Assembly: GCA_964276515.1 (NCBI GenBank)
Contig: OZ193909.1
Coordinates: 372,001-436,000 of the forward strand
DNA: 64,000 nucleotides
Direction: 5' to 3'
Source: Gordius albopunctatus
Taxonomy: Eukaryota
Below the pieces are notes generated by a model that had not been told where the DNA came from, did no database searches, and was given only the letters and a program-made list of their open reading frames with translations. Numbering within the stretch: position 1 is the stretch's first letter; each line of letters opens with the position of its first letter. This document shows, piece by piece, positions 37,076 to 47,913 of the stretch. The position numbers were made by a program, and so were the translations under genes.

Positions 37076-38671
37076 GTAGGTTCTCACGGGTTCGTCCCGA
37101 CGCCACTGTTAAGGACTGATATTTATTCACGTAAACTATTAGGAGTGTGATACAAAAACACGACGACAAAACAAGTGTCCTGGCGTATATATCCAACACC
37201 TTTATATGTTACAACCAATTAACGCTAATTTGATCGCCAACGCGCGTGTAAATAACATCAACACGCAGGTAACTATCGTATCCCTCGAGGAACTTTACCT
37301 CTCTACAAAAAATGCTATGAAATAGACAAGAAATCCGTTACTCTGACTTTTTACCGTCCTTTAGACTTCAAATTGACATTTTTTAAGTTTGCTGAATTTG
37401 GCTTTTCCATCGCCTGTTTAAAATTTTTAATTTGTTTCGCAATTATTTAAAAATTAATTCGCAAATTTATATTTTTGACGAAGATATATTTCATTTATAT
37501 TGTACTTCATAATTTCAATTTAGGAAAAAAATTATTTGTGGCTTACATAAGCGCAGCCAGCATTTGATTTAAATTGAAAGGAAAGTTTTGATATAGAACT
37601 AATCTATTTCGGTAATTTTATATAAAAATGGCAGTAGAAACTTTGCGATTCAATTTTAAAAATAAAAAGTTAATTTTTTTACTTTATTTATTTATGTATA
37701 ATAAGTCTAAAATCCTAGCTGCGAAAGATGCTGATTACAGGTGATTATTTAGTAATGTGAAGTCAGTTGGTAAATATATGGCACCATATAAAAAGTGTAG
37801 TTACCTCCATTAGTGGCTTCATTATCAATTCAAAGTAGTTAAAAGATTTATTGAATTTTTGAGACGCTAAACTGTTGCAACAATAGCTTAAGTCCCGATT
37901 TAAAAAGTAGTTTAATGCTCTTATAGTTGTTTAACTAAAAGTCTGAGAGGTAGGATATTAAACTAATGATGTGGTTTAGTAATAAAGCAGTAAAGTAATT
38001 TGAAACTTCCTTCTCTTTTACAGTGTATAAAATCAATTTATTGAATAAACATTTATATTTTGTTATGTCTTCTTAGATTCTGTTTTTATAAACATTGTCT
38101 TTGAGTAACTCATTGTTCCTCTAAATTCGATATTGAATTAGTATGCTTTGATTGCAGCTTTTTAAAGTCTCTCTTGGAAAGTTTTATCAATGTTACTACT
38201 TATTTTAAACTTAAACATCATATACCAAACTTCCTGGCTTGTTTAATAAAGTCTTTATTTAGCCATTGTTTACATTAAAGATTAGTTCAACAGAATAATT
38301 TCGCAAAACCCACGAGCTATCATTTTATAATCTTACAAGTTCTGAAATCCATCCTCAATGTTATTTTTTTGCTTGAGGCTATTTAATAGCTCTGATGCTT
38401 AACCTACTCAATTCTGTCATAGATTGAATAAGCACATGACGGAAATTTAAAAATAAAGTTAACTACGCTATGACCTAAAATTACAAGGAAATGAAAATTA
38501 GTTACACCTTAGCTTATAATAAACTAATATCATTTAAACAAAACATTTAAATATTTAATTTGTCTTTATAATTACTAGCAATTCCAGTATCTAACAGGTT
38601 ATTATTCTTGAGTTACTAAAATCAAATATAAACTATAAGAAAGCATTCTTTTTGTTATGCAAGGAAATTGC

Positions 38672-39598
38672 TTAAACATCTCTAACAACTTGATTGTTTG
38701 TAACTTTTTTGGACAAGTTATCTACTTTATTACTCGTTTCGTCCTGATAGAACCTTCCATTGTCATCTTCATCCTCTTCTCCTAAGGTAGGGTTCATGGC
38801 GCTATCTTGCGAATCATTTTTATTCAAGATTGCTCCACTCGGCGGACCTTCAAACTTAGCACATTCTCTTCGCAATTGAAAGTTTTCAAAATTTAATTCC
38901 TCCAATTCGACCTTTAATTTTTCCATCGTTTCTTGAGCTTTCCCTATGTTACCAAACAAATTTTTAGCTCGATTATAAGCTTGCTCCAACTCTCTAGCCA
39001 CAGCTTTGATTTGAGCAGGTTTGATGTTTCCGGGTCCTTCTGACAAAACAACCGATATGAAATTGTTTATATCGATTGATTGCTCGGTAAGTAAACCCGA
39101 TTTTTTTAAAATAGCACCTATATCATCTTTAGCCTTCTGCCAAATTCCGCAGTTATTAATAGGTGACACGACGTTGGAATTTTTATTACTTGATGTACAT
39201 TCTGTCTTACTTTCACCCGACGCTGGCACGCCTTTAGGGTTTATGGCAGCTCCTACTGTATTTTTAATTCTTTGAAGCTTTTGAGTAACCGATTGTATTT
39301 CCCTCTTCAATTTCTCAATTTTCTCAATGTATAGCTCGTGCTCTTGTTTGAGAAATTGTTTATCCTTCCGCACCTCGTCCGCATAGGTGACTAGTGCTAA
39401 AAGATTTTTATTGTAACGACCAATTACTTTTGATCCATGAATTCCAGGCTCCATTTCATACCTAATCTCACTACCGCTTTGAAGAAATAGAAATGACGGG
39501 CCTGGCCAGTTGCTTCCACCCTCGGCATTGGGCGAGATCGGAGCTGAGCTTATTATATAACTTGAAGGATCTCTTTTAAATGACTTTGCTTTACTCAT
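38672..39598 (-). CDS. Uncharacterised intronless coiled-coil protein (308 aa)
   Basis: ATG-initiated 927-nt open frame in AT-rich DNA, with two heptad-rich segments and an acidic C-terminal patch. No recognised domain. Confidence 0.6.
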   Translation of the reverse strand: MSKAKSFKRDPSSYIISSAPISPNAEGGSNWPGPSFLFLQSGSEIRYEMEPGIHGSKVIGRYNKNLLALVTYADEVRKDKQFLKQEHELYIEKIEKLKREIQSVTQKLQRIKNTVGAAINPKGVPASGESKTECTSSNKNSNVVSPINNCGIWQKAKDDIGAILKKSGLLTEQSIDINNFISVVLSEGPGNIKPAQIKAVARELEQAYNRAKNLFGNIGKAQETMEKLKVELEELNFENFQLRRECAKFEGPPSGAILNKNDSQDSAMNPTLGEEDEDDNGRFYQDETSNKVDNLSKKVTNNQVVRDV

Positions 39599-42500
39599 CG
39601 AAATCTTTAAGATCTTTTAATTACTCTATAAACGTTTATCTCGTCATTATATTATGAGATTGTTGTTAAATGTCATGGTTAAAGCGAATGTGAACATACT
39701 TGTTAAAATTATAATTTATTGATTATTGAGCTCAAACAATGCACTAAATAATTATCCACACACCTACGGGCTAATGTAATCTTACCAGCATCTGGTTTAT
39801 ATAATTTTGAATAAATGACACACATAATTTTCTTTACTAGTTTTAAGCAAATAAAAACACCTGCCAAAGATACTCTGGAAATTTTAAAACTAACTGAAAA
39901 AAACTACAATGTAACATCCTTAATGTGTATATTTTGATTATAGATTTGCTTAGGCATTAGGCTTATCGAAGTGAGATTAAAATGTCCAAAATATAATGTA
40001 ATGTGAAAGTTTAAATTTTTAGCTAGAACGAAATATGAAGTAATTAAGAATTTAATCCAGACCGGATCGATTCACTCTGCCTAGTGCAAACTTTAAATAG
40101 TTTTCAACGAATGGCTAATACCTTATCACGAACTACTTTATTATCATCACATTTATTTAAAACCCGTTATTATGCTATTAAAATCCTTAACCTTCAGCTT
40201 GGATTTAAAATTCATCACAACTTTAAATATCCTTTATAAGAACAAAAAAATTTTTGTCTATCTGATTCGCCCTCACAAATGGTATCATTAAAAAAATTTA
40301 GTGATTAAAGGATTAGTTTTAACTTAGTTTAAGATTGCACCTTCACGCTCTCTAAAATCAATTATTTTAGAGGCTCTTTATTAATGGAAGTGCACTTCTA
40401 AATTTTTTATCGCTTAATATCATACTTTATAAACTCCGATTCAAAAATATTTTTTTAGATTTTATAATCAAGGATTTGATATTGTAAGTTTATATTATTT
40501 TTTTATATATAATTTGTTTTCCATAGTTTAAAATAACGGGCCTATCTTCATTTAAAATAGCATACTAATGTAATTAAACTTAGTCTTTATCGAAATAAAT
40601 GTAAATAATTACTTTAAACAACTTTAATAATAAACCAAAATATAGTATATTTAATATTTTGTTTAGCTTTATCAAAAATAAAAAATAATTTTTTAAAATA
40701 ATTTTTCACACAACCGTTTAATTATGAAGTTCTTAAAATACAATGTCAAATAACCAAATTTATAATTAGATATTAAATGTCCTTTAGAATATTTGATTTT
40801 GATTGTTATATTAATTTAATTGATGCACTTTATTAATTTATATTGTATTTAATTCTAATCTTTTCTGAATTTGAATCTACTCCCTATTCAATAAACAAGA
40901 TGGCTGTATTTTAATTTATATATTAGAAAATATATAGCAAGCAGTAGAGGTTAAAATTAGTTGGTATCTATTAAATTTTATTGTTCATAAAGACTATCAA
41001 ATGCCTAGTAGAAAATAAACAAATGTTTTGTTTTATACTCTCGTAAATAATTAAAACCATTGTTAAGCCAAAACTTAGATGTAATTTATGATGATGGTGG
41101 TTTTGATAAGATTTTGGTGGTTTATAGCTTTTTCTATTAGAAAATTAATTCCTAATTTTAACATCTAAGTTGTGAGTGCATATAAATTATTTACTTTTAA
41201 GGCATTTGTAATAATGATAAACATTAATTTACAAATAATTGTTATATTTTAGATAGTTAAAAGGACATATAAAAATCACTTAATTTACTATAAAAAATTT
41301 AAAAGAAACAGTAAAAAAATGTATCTTCTGTTTTATATGACTAGGGATGCAATAATACATTATATTCGATTAAAAGTAAGAAATTAATAGTCACGCGTAT
41401 ACATTTTAATTTAGTAAAACTTTGACGACAACTTCATTTTAAAGCACAAATGTTATTAACTTTATGTAAGAACTAAGCTTTGAAAGACAATAAATTTATT
41501 CAATTTTTAATTAAAAAGTAACATTATTCTTATAGTTTTTATATTGCTCTTGATAAATTATGTTGTTATACTCTCAAGCCTTTTAATGATTATGTTTTTT
41601 TATAATATCACATCATAAAAGGATTGATCTCGGCGTAGCCAGGGGGTGTCAGGGGCATGTAAGGGCGGCTGCCCCTCCAAATCCAAAAAATCCTAGAAAT
41701 TTTATCAAATTATGGCAAAAATTTAAAAACAAAAATTATGATTTAACCTCTCGCTAAATCAATATTGGCCCTCCCTCTAATTCCAATCCTGGTTAGGCTT
41801 ATGATCTCTTAAGATAGATCAATCTATAACGGAGTATACTCAATGTAAGAGGCGTAATATTTGGTGTAAGAGTATTTGTAAGAAATTATTTTGCATTAAA
41901 TGCATCTTATCGCAAATATATAGATTTAATTGTTTTATTAAATCCAATGCAATATAAGTTTTTGACGAGTCAAATAAGGGACAATTGATTGTATAATTCA
42001 AACTTGACAATTTAAAGGCCAACGACTGCATAAATTGTTGGTCTACCTACATGATATGTGATTGAAATTGCATTTATGTGTTTGCTTCTACATTACGAAT
42101 TGATAAAGATGTAACGAATTGAGAATTTTAAGCTTCGGTAAACATATTAATATTTTAGATGGTATTTTTGATATAATGAAATCCGTTGAACATCACTATG
42201 TTTAGATATCTGTGATTCAAAGAATTCTATCTTACACCTAACCAAAATGTTATCTTAGAGTTAAGCAAATAAATCGGATTGGATTTGTGGCATTTAGCGC
42301 CAAAACTATAAAACACAATGTCACTTCTAAGGCAAATATTCCCTTTAAGATAATCAAATAGCTATTGCAATTCAAACGATTGATAAACATAAAATTCCAA
42401 ATAAGACAGTGTAGAGTTCTTATAGTAATTAATAAAAAGGATTGAGAAAATATAGACTACTTTTTATATGTATATTGTAATGTTTGTAGGAAATGTTTTT

Positions 42501-43992
42501 TATCAAATTTATTTATATTTCTTTCTTTATTAATATAAAGTTATATTATCATCAGTAAAACAGCATAATATTACAGAAGATCTTCTACAAAGTTTTAAAG
42601 TTAACACCAACTCTAATTACTCTTACCTAAAAAGCATGGCGCGATGGCAATTTATTCATTAATAGGTGGTCACTTTAAAAAAGGGTATATTATTCACACC
42701 CTCCTCATTAAATATTAATAAAATAAAACATTTATAGAACAAAGCGTGGAACAGGGTGTTAAATAACGGTTAATTTTATGATCCATTTTTGTTAGCCGCG
42801 AGAGAGGGGAAAGGGGCTTTAAATCAATATCATTCTGTGTTTTGTCCAAATATGATTGTCCCTACCTAGCATTGTTGGTATATATTAAAATATATTATTT
42901 TACCGCATCTATTTAAATTATAGACTAAGAACGTAGATCTTAATTATTAATGATTCTTCCAAAATCTTGCATCATTGTCATTTATTGTCCTAAAAATAAT
43001 CATTTACCTACCGCATGATTTTATGAGATCAATCAAGGATATAATCGCGATCTTAATTTAAAATCATACAATTCATGAAATTAAAGACCAAAACCTATTA
43101 GTTAAGCTTACAACACGGCTCCTCCTCATTCACTATTCCTGCACCCTAGCAAAGTTAGAATGAAAAGTATGCACATTAAACGTCGCTAATTTTAGATTAC
43201 TTTTAAGGTCCATCATGATGTAGATAGTAGAGTAATGGACTAATTGCGATAGTTTTATGATTGATTAGATTTAAGGCAATTTACGCGCACCAACATGAAA
43301 AATGTGGCATACTAATTGTTACTTGTAATCAAAGATTCGTTGTTAAATTGTGTTTCAAATTCAGGATATAATGGCTAAAGGCCATTTAATAAAAATTAAT
43401 TTAAGCTTAAAGTATCTGAAAGCCATACTAGAAATAATATTAACACATTTTTAGGGCAAGATTATATTATTCCTTTCCAAAATCTTGTTTTATGCTCATT
43501 TCTTTTAATGATTTATGTCTTTACATCATATTGCTGCCAGGGAATATATGACACGCGTGAAACTTCAAGAAACTTGAATGGTATGTCATGTCGTGAGTTA
43601 ATGATATTATATAAAGGGATCCCCTCATACAACTAAAAATTCAAAATTAACGCATCATCTATCTGATAACTCCCTAAGGAAAAGCTGAGACAACAATTGT
43701 CATCATAGGCGTGTTTTGTTATACGTGAAACGTAGACTGAATTAAATATTAATCATCCTTCCCAATCTATGGTCAAGGAATACGGGACATGTCACATTTT
43801 AGAAATGGTTAATGCAGAAAAATTAATACCTAATTAACTCCTGTGATAACACATAGGCTATCTCCATTAATGTTAAAGCCTTAGCTCCTTAATATATTTT
43901 TTTTTCACAAAAAGCTTATTAATATATTGCTAATTATAATACGGTAAAATGTAATAAAAATTTAGTATATTAAAAAAAATTAAATAAGAGCG

Positions 43993-45500
43993 TTAAATGG
44001 CTAATATTATATCTTCATCTTTCAACGAAGGACAAGAATCCAAAAAGGATTTAAAGTTGAATTTTGCGATTGATTGTTTTAGTAGAAATGCGGGAGAATA
44101 TTTAGAGGGAGGAGATCGTCTGCCTATTTCCTTAAAAAATGCTAATGCCATTTTTCCATAAGAGCCGGAACAGGATGAAACTATGGGGATAAAAATATTT
44201 GAGTTTAAAAGGGCCTCCTTGTATTTTGTTAATTTGCGCCCCTCGGCGGGGGCCATTGGATCATAATTGAGATTTGAAGGGGCAAACAAATCGATGCATC
44301 ATGTGAAGTGTCCCATTTTAAGAATAGACCGTTTTCCCAAGGCACAAGTGAGGAGCCGTCAGGGTGCATTCGACCCTCAAGAGAAGGGTCTGAAGGCTCA
44401 AGAATGGACGGAATTTTAACCTTTTTAAGGGCTGACTGGGTGGTAGAGTTTATTTTAGAGTGTCGTATGTGTCTGAATTTGTTTAACCTGCAATGTAATG
44501 GATGACGGGCTTCTTCGTCAACTGCCAAGTCGCAATTCCTACATGCATATGGTTTGGTGTATTTGATGCCAAGGCGTAGAGGAGCTATACTGTAGGATAG
44601 CTCGGAATCCTCCAACATCATGTTTGAATACTTACTGGGATAAGCCTCAAGCCATTCGTGGCCAGATTTATCAAACACCAATGACCGAAGGTTGTAATGT
44701 TGTTTGGTATCGCTGCTCGAAAGTAGGTGAGCAACGGAGCGCGAAACCAAACAAGCATCCCAATCCTTTTGAATTTATGTTTGTGGATAGGAGGTTTCTG
44801 GAATAACATTAAGGTTCCAGGGGAATAGGGCCTTGTCGAATGTTTCATTGGAGGGATATGGAATTAATTTTTCCACGATGGATTTTGAAGAGGGGTGGGG
44901 GTATATAAATGAGGCTATTGATAAAGAGCAGGGTGAGCGAATTCCCAAGCCTCCCGATTTTGTAGGTAAAGTGACCTGTAGCCATGTATTAGTTTTAAAT
45001 TATAAGTTAAGAGTACTTTCGACGACAGAATTGATGTGGATTTCAAAATTATGTAAAATTTGGGTGTGCAAAAAAGCGCTAGTGGGGCGAAAGCAAAATA
45101 AAATTTTTGCGATATTAAAATAGTTTTTTAAAATATTAAAAGCATGATGAGCAGGCATGAGCTTTAAAATCTCATTTTTGCATTTTAAGTTACTAAGGTT
45201 ATCGTCCAGATAACTCCTTAGGCATTCTGAACCGCCTATTGGAGATCCTAGGATAAAAACGTCGTTTTTCTTTAGGCGTAAAAAAGATAAAAATGAAGGG
45301 TGAATGTTACTTGTTGTATTGCTAGTAAAAATTTCGCATTTAGTAATATTTAATGCTAGATTAATATTTAGGTGATAATCCTTTATAATCTCGACAGCTT
45401 TGGCCAATTCTTCCGAGGTGCCTGATAAAGTAGCAAGTTTCGTAGACGCTTTCTCGTAAGACGCATTATTACATGTTCCAATAGATCTTGATATGAGCAT
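43993..45500 (-). mobile_element. Third CRE-like non-LTR relic (RT C-terminal part, CCHC finger, RLE), frameshifted
   Basis: LALNITKCEIF..FILGSPIG, LPTKSGGLG region, SGHEWLEAYPS, CRNC..HPLHC, HPDGSSLVPWENG..WD and FIPIVSSCSGSYG. Confidence 0.8.
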
Positions 45501-45665
45501 CGGTAATGAACGAATACTTTACACTTCATTACTTATTTTGAACACTTCAAGCTACTTTAACAATAGGTCCTTATTAATATATAGTAGCCACTTGCCTCAG
45601 CTTCGTTATTTAAAGCATAGAGTACAAGGGAAAATTGTTTATTCCATCTACGCATTGTTGTTATA

Positions 45666-47210
45666 ATGAATCCGAGCTCTCCGACATTGACTCAGACATT
45701 AGACGACGATATGGAACTAGAACTAAAAAACGCGGATTTACACCGCTTTGAAAATATCATGTCTATCACCGTTCCTACTATATTTGCCTTTATCGTGCTC
45801 ATAGGAATTGTTGGGAACATTATGGTAATATTAGTGGTTAGAGGCAATACAAAATTGAAACGAAATCCTACTCATATTCTCATCATTAATTTGGCTTGCA
45901 CGGATATTTTATTCTTGGTAATCTGTGTGACGGTTACCGGTATAGGCTATAGGATGGGCGATTGGCCATTCGGAAATAACATGTGCAAGATCGTGCAGTA
46001 CCTAATTTACGTCACAGCCTACGCCAGCATCTTTACCCTAATCCTTATGTCGTTAGACCGATATCTAGCAGTAGCCCATCCCATTTTCAGCGTAGCTGTT
46101 CGGACTAAGACGCATACCTACGGTGCGTTGAGCGTTTGCTGGATACTGGTTTTGGCTATAAACGTCCCCATTTTGTTCGTTTATGAATTGCAGGCGAAAG
46201 AAATGTCATCATTATACGACATCATATTTCAAATAGACGCGAATCCAAGCAGCCAAATTGACAGACAAATTGAGGAGTCTTTCAAAGAACCCCTTTTCAA
46301 TGTCACATATTTTTTGCCTTACGAGCAGCAACCTGACAAACATCCCTGGGCTTTAAGAAACTCACTGGATGAAAGCAATGCAGCATTAGCGGCCCCACTA
46401 TATTTTAAAATCAATTTATCGCACTCGAGCCCTAAAGATTCTTACCCTTCCGATGCTCTAACACATCACAAAATTCGTATATGTTTAATCATCGATAAGC
46501 ATGTGGAAAAAGTGATTTTCATAACATTCTTTGTCTTCGCTTTCGTCCTACCCTTGATCCTAATATCTCTCCTATATGTGGCCATGTTGCGTAGCTTATG
46601 GACAAAATCTTTGGCTATGAAAGGGACTCGAAAGAATCTTTCCTCAAATTTAGATGTTAACCTGAGAGATCGATACCGTACCGAGGGCGTAACCTCTCGC
46701 AGGCGCATAACTAAGTTGGTTATTACCATAGTGAGTGCCTTTGCACTCTGCTGGCTTCCCATCCACATGGTGCTCCTCCTAATCCACGTGGCCGGATTTC
46801 ACGACAAAATTATTTTTATTATTCAAGTGGCTTGTCAATGCTTAGCCTACACCAATTCCTGTATAAATCCCATCTTGTATTCCTTCCTTTCGGACAATTT
46901 TAGAGACGGTTTTTTCAAGCTCGTCATGTGTTCCAAGCATGGCTTCGCTCATCAAAGAGGGAAACAAAAAGATTACATACACGTTCCACAGATAGGGAAA
47001 AAAGCAAAAAAGGTGCAGCCCAAAAGTGCTACGGATCAGGAAAACTGGGAATATGAGCTATTGACTAAACCCACATCTGACACCACTAATAACAACAAAC
47101 GCGTAATAACATTGTTGGAAGGCAACAGGCCCGATCGTCTTTACATCGTGCATGTAAATGTAGAATGTCATGAACCGGCAATCGTAATTGAAAATCATGT
47201 GTCCCAGTAA
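45666..47210 (+). CDS. Rhodopsin-class neuropeptide GPCR, allatostatin-A/galanin receptor-like
   Basis: Seven TM segments. Motifs include GIVGN, NPTHILIINLACTD, WPFGNNMCKIVQYLIYVTAYASIFTLILMSLDRYLAVAHP, FALCWLPIH and LAYTNSCINPILYSFLSDNFR. Single coding exon with a long ECL2. Confidence 0.9.
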   Translation: MNPSSPTLTQTLDDDMELELKNADLHRFENIMSITVPTIFAFIVLIGIVGNIMVILVVRGNTKLKRNPTHILIINLACTDILFLVICVTVTGIGYRMGDWPFGNNMCKIVQYLIYVTAYASIFTLILMSLDRYLAVAHPIFSVAVRTKTHTYGALSVCWILVLAINVPILFVYELQAKEMSSLYDIIFQIDANPSSQIDRQIEESFKEPLFNVTYFLPYEQQPDKHPWALRNSLDESNAALAAPLYFKINLSHSSPKDSYPSDALTHHKIRICLIIDKHVEKVIFITFFVFAFVLPLILISLLYVAMLRSLWTKSLAMKGTRKNLSSNLDVNLRDRYRTEGVTSRRRITKLVITIVSAFALCWLPIHMVLLLIHVAGFHDKIIFIIQVACQCLAYTNSCINPILYSFLSDNFRDGFFKLVMCSKHGFAHQRGKQKDYIHVPQIGKKAKKVQPKSATDQENWEYELLTKPTSDTTNNNKRVITLLEGNRPDRLYIVHVNVECHEPAIVIENHVSQ

Positions 47211-47745
47211 ATCACACTTTCATAATTGGCGATATTATCATAATGAATGTATAAGAAATTGTTTGTTAGTTCTATGATTGCATGAATGACAACTCAACAT
47301 AATTATAAATTGTTTTGTAATAGTTATACTAACTTTATATTGTTTAACATAAATGTGAGCGTGTGTTCTTAATAATAAATAGAAGCATTTTACTAGACAA
47401 TAAACGATGCATATTGTTGAAAAAACGTTTATAATAAATTATAAACATTTCACGTTGTAGTAGCTTAAATTTCGCACTAAACTACATATCTACAGATTTA
47501 AATTTTTTTATCCATCATGTATAAAAACTATAAAACATCATGAAATGCGAGAGGTTCAAGTTTAGTATAACACACATGTGTAAGCCGAATTGGTTTATAA
47601 TAAATGTAATTTATACATTTCAATCACTAAAAAATTGGGGCTGCTCAGTAGATTATGGATCATTATAGAAGTAGGGATATACCTTCTAAGCGATTAGTTT
47701 CTAAATTAAAACAGCTCATATCACAGATGATAACATTCAGAAGGT

Positions 47746-47913
47746 TATGAGCCTAGCCGGGGGGGGGGGGCAGAGAGGGGTTGCTGCCCCCTCTAAATCC
47801 AAAAATTTGTTGAAATTTAATAAAATAATGGCTAAAATCTTGTAAAATGATCATTTTGCCCCTCCCTAAATCATTTTTGTCCCCCTTTAATCACTATGCT
47901 GGCTACGCTCATA
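47746..47913. mobile_element. hAT-type MITE (CATGGGCGTAG family)
   Basis: TIRs TATGAGCCTAGCC / GGCTACGCTCATA with an 8-bp TSD CAGAAGGT / CAGAAGTT. Confidence 0.8.

Larger units (their letters stand above)
34733..37307 (-). mobile_element. Non-autonomous Gypsy-type LTR element (Gag-PR only)
   Basis: LTRs at 34733-34929 and 37107-37307 (TG...CA, nearly identical), TSD AAAAA, PBS TGGCGTCGGG next to the 5' LTR, and PPT AAAAGGGGGAAC next to the 3' LTR. Confidence 0.93.
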
